Origin: Candidatus Saccharimonadota bacterium
Lineage (GTDB): Bacteria; Patescibacteriota; Saccharimonadia; Saccharimonadales; Saccharimonadaceae
Length of the DNA: 64,000 nucleotides
Assembly (NCBI GenBank): GCA_017511205.1
Contig: JAFWLE010000007.1
Location: forward strand, 367-64,366
Direction: 5' to 3'
Position 1 is the stretch's first letter, and every line of letters begins with the position of its first letter. The notes under the pieces are model-generated. The model searched no databases, was not told where the DNA came from, and worked only from the letters and a program-made list of their open reading frames with translations. The position numbers and the translations under genes were made by a program. Shown here one piece after another: positions 46,738 through 56,123 of the stretch.

Positions 46738-49344
46738 TCAAGCCGCAAAGTTTTTACTTCTAATGCTATCGTATTCAATTTCCCCTCTTTTTACCGCATA
46801 ATAGTTCAAAGCGATACTTTTAGAGTGCTCCTCAAGCACAGTCTGTTCAAACATAATTAAGGGTTCACCAAAAGCAAATCTTGTCGTTGGATTATAATTC
46901 GCTATCCTCACCAAATAATTATAATAGCCAAGAGCCACTTCTGCTTCGGCTTTTGAAAGCCCTGACCTTTCCGCTAATATACCTGCAGCCGAATTATCTG
47001 TAGGATGCTCTGCCAAATACTCCCTACGAATCCTCACCGCCGTGCTCTCACTTCCTCCTAACAAAGCTTCAACTTCTTCTCTCAAAGCATGACCAGCATA
47101 CTTTTCGACTGTCGACTTATTGTCATTACTATCGCTAATCACATAAGCTGCCCCTGTCACTTTACCCTTATTCTCATCACTCACGGAATTGCAAGCGTCA
47201 TACATTCCAAAAATGTCCGCGATTACATCTATTATGCTTTTATCAGCCAACTCCTCACAAGCCTTTGCATTGTTTACGCCTACCGTTGGCCTACGACTCA
47301 TCCCATATTCCACAAATTCTTTGTATCCTTCTTCGTCGACTTCAAGTTCCTTATCCATATACTTAGTAGTAATTGGTCCAGACTGCGAACAATAAATATC
47401 AGCGCTTGAACCCACGCCACCAACCGTCTCGCAATCATCGCCAAAAGTCGTCATATAGCTGCTATCCTCACCATCCGCTATCGCACCACCAAATATACCA
47501 CCCAAAGAATTACCTGTCACACTAGCCAGTGAACCAACCGACGAAACCACCGAAACTCCACTCAACATCTGATTATTTTGAACTAAACTAGATGCAAAAT
47601 TATGTACGATACTACCTAGAAAAGTATTCGGTGAAGAAATGTCAAATGGACTCTTTGTAGCACGTTCTGCTGCCGCTTTTCTCGCCAAAGCCTCATTCAT
47701 CTCATGGCTATATGCTATCACCGTATCTTTATCAGCTGGCATCGCCCCAAGTGTAGCCATATTAATCGAATTAGAAACAAAAGAACCGCCTTCTACTGCA
47801 CGATTTCCGCCCACTATGCTCGTAAATAACTCCGAATTCTTATCCGTAACGGCAATTTTTACATTACTATTTGCCTTGTTTAAGACTTCTTTATCCGCCG
47901 AAATCCCTAAAGAAATTCCCAAAACCGAATTTGCTTCTTTCCGCCCATCAGAAGACACGGCTGTATCCTTAATTACTTCGTCGTTTGCCGAACTAGTCGA
48001 TTTTAATACTCGATCTCTGCCAAAATTAGCCGCTTCCTCTTTCGAAAAACTACCTTCCGAAGCTGCTGCCGAAAAATTCGGCGTATCGATAATTGAAATT
48101 TTCTTAGTTACTTCTTCACCGGTATTTACATCCGTATAAGTCACCTCAGACGATTCGTTTAAAACGTTCATCATTTGATTAACCGGGCCATCTCCTTGTA
48201 TTCTAGCTCGTTGTATTGGCTCTTCTATCGCCATAAATGCCGCAGCCGCCTTATATGGTTCATTCGCCGAAATTGCTGAATTCAAAAGTTGAGCCGCTTT
48301 CTCAGTAGATTTCTTAGCATCAATACTCTGTGTCTCGTCCGCTACATCTCCAATAATTTCCTCTGCTTCACCATTCATCTCCCTCGTAAATCCTTTTCCT
48401 TCCGCAGCCCCATTTACGCTTACTTCAGAAGACTCATCTAATAACCCCTCCAAAATCTTATAAAAATTCTCACGGTCTGTTTTATCATTGCCAGTAGCCT
48501 GATAATTATTAAACGAATGCCTCGAAAGACCCATTTCAGAATAGATTTCACCTACTTCCGAACTATAATAAAACTTTGCCGAAATATTCGCCGCTTCCGA
48601 AAAAGCCGCGTACATCTTTGGGTCTGCCTCTACCGCCGCCACAAAATTATCAGCCATTATAATTTCATCATTAAATAGTACCGCCAACTCGCCGTCCTTC
48701 ATTTCGACTTGAAAACCACTTCCCACCGCAGCAATATCTTTTCTCTCATCAATATTAGCAATAAAAGAATTCGTCCTCACAAAATCCCCACTCGCCGTCA
48801 CTTGCCCCACGCTGATACCAGCTGCTGCCAAGTCATTAGCGTAATTACTTGGTACCTCACCTTTGGTAAGAAAATGACTAGTCACAAACTCTGCTTGTTT
48901 TTCGAGAATTGCCACTGTACCAGTAAAGCCCAAAGTCTTTTGCAAATTATAATCAAGCGCCCCAATCATAAAAATCGGCGAGCCGATCAACGCTACAGCT
49001 ACTCCAATAATCAAAACTACTATTACTATAAAAGACCCAGCTGTTATTTTACCAAACGAAAGACCACCCTTTTTCTTACCATCCGATGCCGCCTTTCCAG
49101 CCCCAGAAAATAGTCCAGACGGTGATTTTTCAGCTGCCTGCGCAGCCGACGCTCCTTGAGCTGAACCGCCACCCGCGCCTTTAGTTGCCACCGCAGTCGC
49201 CGCAGCCTCCGCAGCTTTTAATCCCTCACTAAACTTACTTTTTTTACCATCTCCCTTATCTTTTTTATCACCCAAAAAATCCGGACGAATATCACTTCGT
49301 TTCATATCGCGATAAGGGTCATTTTCGCTAAGATTGTCGTCCAT
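46738..49344 (-). CDS. Large hypothetical membrane-anchored, probably extracytoplasmic protein (868 aa)
   Basis: The N-terminus is low-complexity and Lys/Gly/Ala-rich. A single TM follows (GSFIVIVVLIIGVAVALIGSPIFMIGAL). The ectodomain is about 740 aa, with six Cys confined to the C-terminal third. I recognised no family. Confidence 0.7.
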   Translation of the reverse strand: MDDNLSENDPYRDMKRSDIRPDFLGDKKDKGDGKKSKFSEGLKAAEAAATAVATKGAGGGSAQGASAAQAAEKSPSGLFSGAGKAASDGKKKGGLSFGKITAGSFIVIVVLIIGVAVALIGSPIFMIGALDYNLQKTLGFTGTVAILEKQAEFVTSHFLTKGEVPSNYANDLAAAGISVGQVTASGDFVRTNSFIANIDERKDIAAVGSGFQVEMKDGELAVLFNDEIIMADNFVAAVEADPKMYAAFSEAANISAKFYYSSEVGEIYSEMGLSRHSFNNYQATGNDKTDRENFYKILEGLLDESSEVSVNGAAEGKGFTREMNGEAEEIIGDVADETQSIDAKKSTEKAAQLLNSAISANEPYKAAAAFMAIEEPIQRARIQGDGPVNQMMNVLNESSEVTYTDVNTGEEVTKKISIIDTPNFSAAASEGSFSKEEAANFGRDRVLKSTSSANDEVIKDTAVSSDGRKEANSVLGISLGISADKEVLNKANSNVKIAVTDKNSELFTSIVGGNRAVEGGSFVSNSINMATLGAMPADKDTVIAYSHEMNEALARKAAAERATKSPFDISSPNTFLGSIVHNFASSLVQNNQMLSGVSVVSSVGSLASVTGNSLGGIFGGAIADGEDSSYMTTFGDDCETVGGVGSSADIYCSQSGPITTKYMDKELEVDEEGYKEFVEYGMSRRPTVGVNNAKACEELADKSIIDVIADIFGMYDACNSVSDENKGKVTGAAYVISDSNDNKSTVEKYAGHALREEVEALLGGSESTAVRIRREYLAEHPTDNSAAGILAERSGLSKAEAEVALGYYNYLVRIANYNPTTRFAFGEPLIMFEQTVLEEHSKSIALNYYAVKRGEIEYDSIRSKNFAA

Positions 49345-49374
49345 ATATTATATTATATACCACTTATTCTAATT

Positions 49375-49599
49375 TTAGAAAAATATAATCGAAATTACTG
49401 ACAAAGTTGCAAGCGCAATTAAAACAAACCACATCCAGCCAAATCGACCAGGCTTTTTTAAATCTCTTAAGTATTCCGCATCCTCCGCCAAATCTGGATC
49501 GTCCATTCTCTCTGTCTCTTCCGCACGATCCTTCAAATCTGCACTTATTCGCCTTGATAACTCGTCTTGGCTATTTTCTTTATTGACAATTATACCCAT
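49375..49599 (-). CDS. Small tail-anchored membrane protein (74 aa)
   Basis: The N-terminal half is acidic and the C-terminal TM is GWMWFVLIALATLSVISIIFF. It lies just upstream of the 868-aa gene on the same strand. Confidence 0.5.
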   Translation of the reverse strand: MGIIVNKENSQDELSRRISADLKDRAEETERMDDPDLAEDAEYLRDLKKPGRFGWMWFVLIALATLSVISIIFF

Positions 49600-49650
49600 T
49601 TTGTTATTCCTAAATAAATTATTGACTTTTTTATTATATCACAAATTTTT

Positions 49651-49661
49651 TGTGCTATAAT
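49651..49661 (+). promoter_or_regulatory. Extended -10 promoter TGTGCTATAAT for the MIP channel gene
   Basis: The same 11-mer occurs at 55121-55131. AAGGAGG is present before the ATG at 49689. Confidence 0.55.
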
Positions 49662-49688
49662 AATACTAATATCATTAAAGGAGGAAAA

Positions 49689-50621
49689 ATGGCGACCAAA
49701 AAGTCGAAAACGTCGAGCAAGTCTGAAAAGACCAAAACGACCAAATCCAAAACTACTGTAAAATCTACAGTAAAGACAGAGCACGCAGCTCCTAAAACTC
49801 ACACGGTGGTTTCATCAACAACAACAGCAACAACTAGCAAAAAATCTTGCCTTAGCGGATTCTTTGCTAGAAAATACGAACCAAAGGAAGGCATCTTCAC
49901 AGTTTTCAAAAACCCGAAGTTCTATGGTGCGCTTCTTGGTGAAATACTCGGCACAATGCTTCTAGCATTATTACTATTTTCAGTTTCACTCATGGGTATT
50001 GCTAGCCTAGCTACCTACGCCTTTGCAGTGATTGCAGTACTAGTAGCAGTCTACGCCTTCTCTGGCGCCTGCCTCAACCCAATCGTTGTTATTGGCATGA
50101 TGGCAAGCCGTCGCATGTCAGTTATCCGCGGTGTCATGTACGTCATCGCCGAAGTCATCGGTGCCTGGCTTGGTTGGCTTATCTTTAATGGCTTCCACCT
50201 AGCCGGTGGCGAAACAGCCTATGATATTCCAACTATCACTGAAGTTGGTGAAGGCCAATTCTGGATCTTTGCTATGATCGAGCTATTAGGCGCAATCATT
50301 ATTGCATTCTTCTATGCTCGCGCTCTTAGCTACAAGCGCAGCGTTTTCACCTTTGCTGCAGTTATCACTGGCGGCATGACACTTGCAATCATCGTCGGAT
50401 ATGTAGCATCTGCTGCTTTTCTCAGCTTGAACAACAACTTCATCATGAATCCAGCTGTAGCTATGATGCTTCAAATCTTCCCAACTGCGGGTGAGAGCTT
50501 TGGCGAAATCCTAGGTGGCATTTGCCAAGCCCTTTCAATCTACGTAATTCTACCAATGATTGGCGGCGTAGCCGGCTTCTACTTGTCAGATTTCACTAGC
50601 AAGCTTTCCGGTGAAGAATAA
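49689..50621 (+). CDS. MIP/aquaporin-family channel with a Lys/Thr-rich N-terminal extension
   Basis: It has six hydrophobic helices. The first half-helix motif reads NPI (CLNPIVVIGMM) and the second NPA (MNPAVAMML). The start is set at MATKKSK. Confidence 0.75.
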   Translation: MATKKSKTSSKSEKTKTTKSKTTVKSTVKTEHAAPKTHTVVSSTTTATTSKKSCLSGFFARKYEPKEGIFTVFKNPKFYGALLGEILGTMLLALLLFSVSLMGIASLATYAFAVIAVLVAVYAFSGACLNPIVVIGMMASRRMSVIRGVMYVIAEVIGAWLGWLIFNGFHLAGGETAYDIPTITEVGEGQFWIFAMIELLGAIIIAFFYARALSYKRSVFTFAAVITGGMTLAIIVGYVASAAFLSLNNNFIMNPAVAMMLQIFPTAGESFGEILGGICQALSIYVILPMIGGVAGFYLSDFTSKLSGEE

Positions 50622-50649
50622 AAATAACCCCTTCGGGGGTTATTTTTTT
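50621..50649. terminator. Bidirectional intrinsic terminator between the MIP gene and metG
   Basis: The hairpin is AAAATAACCCC-ttcg-GGGGTTATTTTTTT. Confidence 0.8.
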
Positions 50650-50659
50650 AGGATAAAAC

Positions 50660-52066
50660 TTATTTAGGGAATAACGGTGTTTCCGGTGGAGCAATTGGAT
50701 CTTTCAATATTTCTGAAATTTTTTCAGAAGCATTTGGCATAAATGGAGCCAGTTCCATATTGACCTGCAAAAGATCTAAAATCAATGTTTTCAAGCATTT
50801 TTCTAGCTTCGCCTTCTCACCATTCTTAGCTAACACCCAAGGCTTCTCATCATCAATACGTTTGTTCAAATCCTGTATCTTTTCCCAGACTTGGTCGAAC
50901 GCCTTACTAAATTCAAATCGTTCCATTAGCTCACAGTATTCATCGGAAAATTTCGAATCCACTCTACCTATTAAAATCTGATTTTTTTGTGCCAAAGTCG
51001 AAAGACGCTGCACTAAATTACCTAAATCATTTGCAAGCTCATTCTTGTAAGCTTCTTCATATTTTTCATCGGTATAGTCCGAATCAGCAAAAGTGTCTAC
51101 GTGCCTCAAGAAGAAATAACGAAAAGCATCTAAACCATATCTGTCAATCACTTCTACTGGATCCACCACGTTACCAATACTCTTAGACATTTTTTGCCCG
51201 TTCACTAGAATCATGCCATGAGATACAATCGCCTTCGGCAAAGGAAGGCCTAGACCAAGCAGCATTGCCGGCCAAATAATAGTATGGAACCTCAAAATAT
51301 CCTTGCCTACAAATTGTGCTGTCGCCGGCCACCATTCACTAGTATCTTGCTCCGGGTAACCTAAAACCGTAATATAATTCGATAGCGCATCAATCCATAC
51401 ATACATTACTTGCGATTCGTCACCCGGCACCGTCACGCCCCATTTCAATTGTTCACGCGGTCTAGACACTGAAACATCCGGCGAATCATCTAATAGCTTC
51501 AGTATTTCTTTCTTACGAAAATCTGGCAAAATCAAAAGCTCATTTTTTTCGATTTTTTCTCTAATTTGCTCTTTAAAATCTGAAATTCTGAAATAATAGT
51601 TTTCTTCTTCAATTCTTTCGTAAGGTTTTTGATGATCGGGACACACTGCATGATTCTCTTGATATTCTTTTTCAGTAATAAATCTTTCACAACCCGTACA
51701 ATACCATCCTTCATATTTTTCCAAATAAATGTGATCCTTCAATTTCTGCCAAATTTCCTGACACCTTTTTATATGAGATTCATCGGTAGTTCGAATAAAA
51801 TCAGTGTAAGAAATGTTTAGTTTTTCAATAAACGACTTGAAGGCATCCGAATTATCTTTCACGTACTTTTCAACTGGCAAATTCAGCTCTTCTGCTTTTT
51901 GATAAATCTTTCCACCATGTTCGTCCGTCCCCACTTGGAAACGTACCTTGTCACCTTTTAGTCTAAAGTAACGCGCCGCCGTATCAGCCAAACAATAATC
52001 TAGCGCATGCCCAACATGCGGAACACCATTCACATACGGTATCGCCGTAGTTATATATCTATTCAT
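50660..52066 (-). CDS. metG: Methionyl-tRNA synthetase (short form, 468 aa)
   Basis: It has the HIGH-type motif PYVNGVPHVGHAL, KMSKSIGN, and a CxxC...C knuckle (CTGCERF...CPDH). Confidence 0.95.
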   Translation of the reverse strand: MNRYITTAIPYVNGVPHVGHALDYCLADTAARYFRLKGDKVRFQVGTDEHGGKIYQKAEELNLPVEKYVKDNSDAFKSFIEKLNISYTDFIRTTDESHIKRCQEIWQKLKDHIYLEKYEGWYCTGCERFITEKEYQENHAVCPDHQKPYERIEEENYYFRISDFKEQIREKIEKNELLILPDFRKKEILKLLDDSPDVSVSRPREQLKWGVTVPGDESQVMYVWIDALSNYITVLGYPEQDTSEWWPATAQFVGKDILRFHTIIWPAMLLGLGLPLPKAIVSHGMILVNGQKMSKSIGNVVDPVEVIDRYGLDAFRYFFLRHVDTFADSDYTDEKYEEAYKNELANDLGNLVQRLSTLAQKNQILIGRVDSKFSDEYCELMERFEFSKAFDQVWEKIQDLNKRIDDEKPWVLAKNGEKAKLEKCLKTLILDLLQVNMELAPFMPNASEKISEILKDPIAPPETPLFPK

Positions 52067-52084
52067 GAAATGATTCTACAATAT

Positions 52085-53074
52085 CTATTCACCGTAGTCA
52101 AGCGAGTCATCGTAATCGTCATCTTCTATCGTCTCTACTGTGGTGTCTGATTCGGTACTCGTAGACGAACTACTAGTGTTAGTTGTAGTATCATCAAGCT
52201 CTTCTTCTTCAAGTTCTTCTTTAGTAGAATCCTTAGCCTTAGAATTACTGCTACTAGAACTGCTATCAGTAGTTGTCGAATTACCATTGTTATATTCAAG
52301 CTCTGGTTGATAAGTCTGCCCACCAGTAGGAGAACCATTGCCCCCACCGCCACCAATGGACGGCAAAACCAACATGACGACCAGTACAGCTATAACAATA
52401 ACCACTACTACGATTAATGCAATCAAAGTAGTTTTATTGGTCTTTGGCTTTTTAGCAGCATCTTTTTGATCCGTCGCAGGCTGCTTAGCTGGATCATTAA
52501 AAGAAACACTTGGAGTTTGTCCAGTCTTATCAAAAGGATTATCGCCCACTGGATCAACCTCTGCCGGAGCGCCTGCTGGACCAGACACTGCCGAACCAAT
52601 CGAACCAGGAGCTGGCTCTGCCGCTTTCATCGGAGCTTTCAATTCTTCTTCAATTGGATCCGGAGGAGTCGGAGCTTCTGGCACCATGATTGGGTCAGTC
52701 GCCGCTACACCACCCTGAGTCGAAGGTTGAATTACTGGATTCACTGGCGCACCGGGAGTCGCCGACGCAACTGGATTAGCTGGAACCACTGGATTAGCTG
52801 GAGCCACCGGATCAACTGGAACCGCTGGACCTGCTGGACTAGCCGGAGCGGCTGTCATCGGATCAACAGGCGCTGGACCAGCTGGTGCAGTCGGATTTAC
52901 AACTGGATTAACTGCAGCTCCTTGTAAAGGATTAGCCGTAGCCGGACTAGTTGGTGCTCCTGGAGCAGCAACTGGGCTCGCTGGCGCTACTGGTACAGGT
53001 CCTGGAGCCGGTGTCGGAGCCGGAGTAGGCGCTGGATTTGGTGTTGGTGTAGGATTATTATTAATTGGATCCAT
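52085..53074 (-). CDS. Pro/Ala-rich single-pass membrane protein with a Ser/Thr/acidic C-terminal tail
   Basis: 329 aa. The N-terminal 200 aa consist of P/A/V repeats. The TM is LIALIVVVVIVIAVLVVMLVL, and the tail is SSSSSS/EEEE-rich. Confidence 0.6.
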   Translation of the reverse strand: MDPINNNPTPTPNPAPTPAPTPAPGPVPVAPASPVAAPGAPTSPATANPLQGAAVNPVVNPTAPAGPAPVDPMTAAPASPAGPAVPVDPVAPANPVVPANPVASATPGAPVNPVIQPSTQGGVAATDPIMVPEAPTPPDPIEEELKAPMKAAEPAPGSIGSAVSGPAGAPAEVDPVGDNPFDKTGQTPSVSFNDPAKQPATDQKDAAKKPKTNKTTLIALIVVVVIVIAVLVVMLVLPSIGGGGGNGSPTGGQTYQPELEYNNGNSTTTDSSSSSSNSKAKDSTKEELEEEELDDTTTNTSSSSTSTESDTTVETIEDDDYDDSLDYGE

Positions 53075-53174
53075 TTTTTTCCTTCAAAATTAGATTATTA
53101 TTATTACGCTTATGCTTTTATTCTATCATACTTCCACAAAAAATACCAACGAATTTTTATCAAAAGCTAATTGT

Positions 53175-55088
53175 TTATCTCCCCCCGAAGCCACCTCCTC
53201 CGCCCCCTCCGCCGGAGAATCCACCGCCCCCACCACCAGAAAAGCCAGAAGACGAACCACCCCCAGAACTAGACATTGAGCTAGATGTATTAGCAATCGC
53301 AGATGCCGTATTAAGACCTCTAGTTAGTTCCGCTGCAGTAATTCCCGTAAGCAAATAATCTGGCTCGTCAATTTCCTTAAGCTCACAGTATTCTTTCATT
53401 TCTTCCATCCAACTCTCTTCCAAACCAAAAATCGCCGCATACGGAAGTAACTTTTCGTATAGTCTCACAATTCCCTCCGCCGAAGTATCAGCCCCCTCGA
53501 CGCTTTGGAGCATTTTCATTCGCTCAGCTTCTGCCATACTAATATATAGTTTTAATCCATCCATATAACGTGAAGCTTTCAAACCACTTTCTGTATGGTG
53601 TAGGTATTTTTGCGAGACATCCGAAAGTGTAATCACCACCACTACTGTCGCCACAATCAATGCTGTCACCGTCTGATAAAACTTATCATAAAACACAAAT
53701 TCCACTTGACCCGACAATTCTTCCAAGTTTAGAATCTGATCCAAAAAACTTAGCACCATTTTGCCAAGCATCAATACTACTAGGATCATGAATATACTCA
53801 TCACGATTATATCCATAACGCCATGTCCATTGGTTTCGCCAAATTTATATTTATCTTCCACTAATTTGTCATCTTTCAAATCCTTCACAATCTTATTTTC
53901 CATAGTTTTTCGCAACGCGATTAATCGGCTCGTTGATACGCGCTGCTTTAATTCAATTTTGTCTCCATTTTTCGGTCGCGTCCCCCCATTTAAAATCGAC
54001 AAAAGATCCATATATTCTTCTGCCACATCATCTAAATCCTTTACTAAAATATTCCATTTATGCTTGTCTGCTTTCTGAAATTCTATCTTTTTCTTGACCA
54101 CTAAATGCAGTATCATCGCCACCTTTACATCCTTCTTTTTGCCTACAAAGACTTCCGCCATTTCCGGCAAGCTATACTTATCAGGCTGGTACTCTGGTTT
54201 TACAAAAATTCCTTTATAAAATCTCGCCTTCTCCCTAGTCTTTGCGAACTTCCTCAGTTCAAAGAAGATTGCGAGTAGGCACAACGCGCCAGCCCCCACC
54301 GTAATCCATACATACGTATAATTTTTTTCCTGTGGCGGAATATAAGGTTCTGGCACTACGAAACTACCCGCTTTTAACTCCACGTCAAAACTCAAATTCT
54401 CAAAAGCCGCCAAATTCGACGCCATAAACTCTACCCCATCTGATGTCTTCGTGATTTTACATCTCTCCGAACCCTTTTCACCATATTTCCCCACATAGCA
54501 CCAACTTTCTCCCGTCCACACATCCTCATCCTCAAAATGCAATCTAGCTGTAACCTTGTCAAAACGTTGTTTGGAACCATTACCATTCGCATCCCAATAC
54601 AATTCTTGGAACACTTTTCCTTTTTCATTGAATTCCGTCACCACCCGCGAAAACTCATATTCAAAAGTATAAGTTTGTTTGCCAAGCACATAATCATTAT
54701 TACCAGTACAAACATCATAATATTGGTTCTTCTGGTCTTTTACATTCCTCTCAATACTATAAATCGGCTCTGGATTACCATTACGTGTCAATTTCAAATT
54801 ATCTCGTGTCAGTTTCGGCAAAGTCACATTCTTGCCATCCTGATTTGTAAATGCAATCTGCCGACAAATTCCTTTGTTTTGATCATAATTTGGAAATTCT
54901 GCCGTCGCACTCTCCTTCACCTTTAAACGCGAAATCCCCTCTTCGTCCTTGTATAAATAATAATCACCCGTAAAATCACTAAAATAAAAATTGTCGGTAG
55001 ACTTCGCCATTACCGGAGTCGACAAAATTGTTGATAAAATCGCTATGGCAAAAATAAAAACTCTCTTCATAAGCCCATTATAACTCAT
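53175..55088 (-). CDS. DUF2207-like membrane protein
   Basis: It has a signal peptide, an N-terminal beta-rich ectodomain, multiple TM helices and the characteristic Gly-rich C-terminus SSGGGSSSGFSGGGGGGFSGGGGGGGGFGGR. Confidence 0.7.
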   Translation of the reverse strand: MSYNGLMKRVFIFAIAILSTILSTPVMAKSTDNFYFSDFTGDYYLYKDEEGISRLKVKESATAEFPNYDQNKGICRQIAFTNQDGKNVTLPKLTRDNLKLTRNGNPEPIYSIERNVKDQKNQYYDVCTGNNDYVLGKQTYTFEYEFSRVVTEFNEKGKVFQELYWDANGNGSKQRFDKVTARLHFEDEDVWTGESWCYVGKYGEKGSERCKITKTSDGVEFMASNLAAFENLSFDVELKAGSFVVPEPYIPPQEKNYTYVWITVGAGALCLLAIFFELRKFAKTREKARFYKGIFVKPEYQPDKYSLPEMAEVFVGKKKDVKVAMILHLVVKKKIEFQKADKHKWNILVKDLDDVAEEYMDLLSILNGGTRPKNGDKIELKQRVSTSRLIALRKTMENKIVKDLKDDKLVEDKYKFGETNGHGVMDIIVMSIFMILVVLMLGKMVLSFLDQILNLEELSGQVEFVFYDKFYQTVTALIVATVVVVITLSDVSQKYLHHTESGLKASRYMDGLKLYISMAEAERMKMLQSVEGADTSAEGIVRLYEKLLPYAAIFGLEESWMEEMKEYCELKEIDEPDYLLTGITAAELTRGLNTASAIANTSSSMSSSGGGSSSGFSGGGGGGFSGGGGGGGGFGGR

Positions 55089-55120
55089 TTTGGCAAAACG
55101 AGCATCCCAAACAATCTAAA

Positions 55121-55131
55121 TGTGCTATAAT
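55121..55131 (+). promoter_or_regulatory. Extended -10 promoter TGTGCTATAAT positioned for a leaderless ldh mRNA
   Basis: TATAAT ends at 55131 and the ATG is at 55138, with 6 nt between. There is no SD. Confidence 0.55.
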
Positions 55132-55137
55132 ATGCTT

Positions 55138-56052
55138 ATGGATAATAATAAGATCATGATCGTGGGCACCGGAAACGTCGGCGCATCCATCGCCTACGCT
55201 TTGATCAATCAACGCACCGCCGTCAACGAAATAGTACTTACTGATATCATCGCTCACGATGCCGAAGGCGAAGCCATGGATCTCCGTGATGCTCTTGCCG
55301 TCTCACCTAGCTACGTCAAAATTTCAAACGGCACTTATAAAGACGCCAAAGACTGCGATGTAGTCGTAATTACTGCTGGCGCCGCCCAGAAACCTGGCGA
55401 ATCCCGCATGGATCTTTTGAAGAAAAACGCCAATATTCTGCAAGGCATGATCGAGCAAATTATGGATTCGGGTTTCGATGGCATTTTCCTAGTCGTTACC
55501 AATCCAATGGATGTTTTAACTTATTTCACCATGAAGTTCTCTGGCCTTCCCGCCGAAAAGGTCATTGGCTCCGGCACCGTCCTCGATTCTGCCAGACTAC
55601 GCACTCGTATTGCTAATTATATGAATATTAACCCAAAATCCGTACATGCTTATCAAGTAGGCGAACACGGTGATACTGAGCTTACTCTCTGGTCCCTTGC
55701 CGATGCTGGTGGCCAAAAAGTTTCTACCATGCTCAAAAAAGACATCCGAACCGACATTTCCGACTTTGTCAAAAACGAAGCTTACGACATTATTGAGAAA
55801 AAAGGCGCCACTTACTATGGTATTGCTACCTGTGTCGCTCAAATCCTCAATTGCATCTTAAACGACGAAATGCGCATTCTACCAGTCTCATCCTATGATC
55901 AATTTTCCGATACCTCCTTTGGCTGGCCTACAGTCGTCGGCCGCAAAGGTGTCATCCGTCGTCTCGACCTCACACTTTCCGAACACGAAAGCATTGAACT
56001 CCAAAAGTCCATCAATACTCTTAAGAAAGCTATCAGCTCGGTCAAGCTATAG
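55138..56052 (+). CDS. ldh: L-lactate dehydrogenase
   Basis: The motifs are IMIVGTGNVGASIAYAL, VVITAGAAQKPGESR(M)DLL and VGEHGDTEL. The start was chosen at MDNNK (55138). Alternative in-frame ATGs are at 55120 and 55132. Confidence 0.9.
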   Translation: MDNNKIMIVGTGNVGASIAYALINQRTAVNEIVLTDIIAHDAEGEAMDLRDALAVSPSYVKISNGTYKDAKDCDVVVITAGAAQKPGESRMDLLKKNANILQGMIEQIMDSGFDGIFLVVTNPMDVLTYFTMKFSGLPAEKVIGSGTVLDSARLRTRIANYMNINPKSVHAYQVGEHGDTELTLWSLADAGGQKVSTMLKKDIRTDISDFVKNEAYDIIEKKGATYYGIATCVAQILNCILNDEMRILPVSSYDQFSDTSFGWPTVVGRKGVIRRLDLTLSEHESIELQKSINTLKKAISSVKL

Positions 56053-56123
56053 AATCTTAAAACTAATTTTTGGAGGAATTAGCGAAAGCGTCGACAGCCG
56101 ACAAAAATAGTTTTAAGATTCTA
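56050..56123. terminator. Convergent-gene terminator structure: a 16-bp perfect inverted repeat whose arms contain both stop codons
   Basis: TAGAATCTTAAAACTA (56050-56065) pairs with TAGTTTTAAGATTCTA (56108-56123). The 42-nt loop has its own GTCG-acagc-CGAC hairpin. Confidence 0.6.

Noticed and set aside
53178-53270. Long C/G-rich run (ccccccgaagccacctcctccgccccctcc...) as a regulatory G-quadruplex or homopolymer phase-variation tract
   Set aside because: It encodes the poly-Gly/Ser C-terminal tail typical of DUF2207-like proteins. It is not a pure homopolymer and lies well inside the coding sequence.
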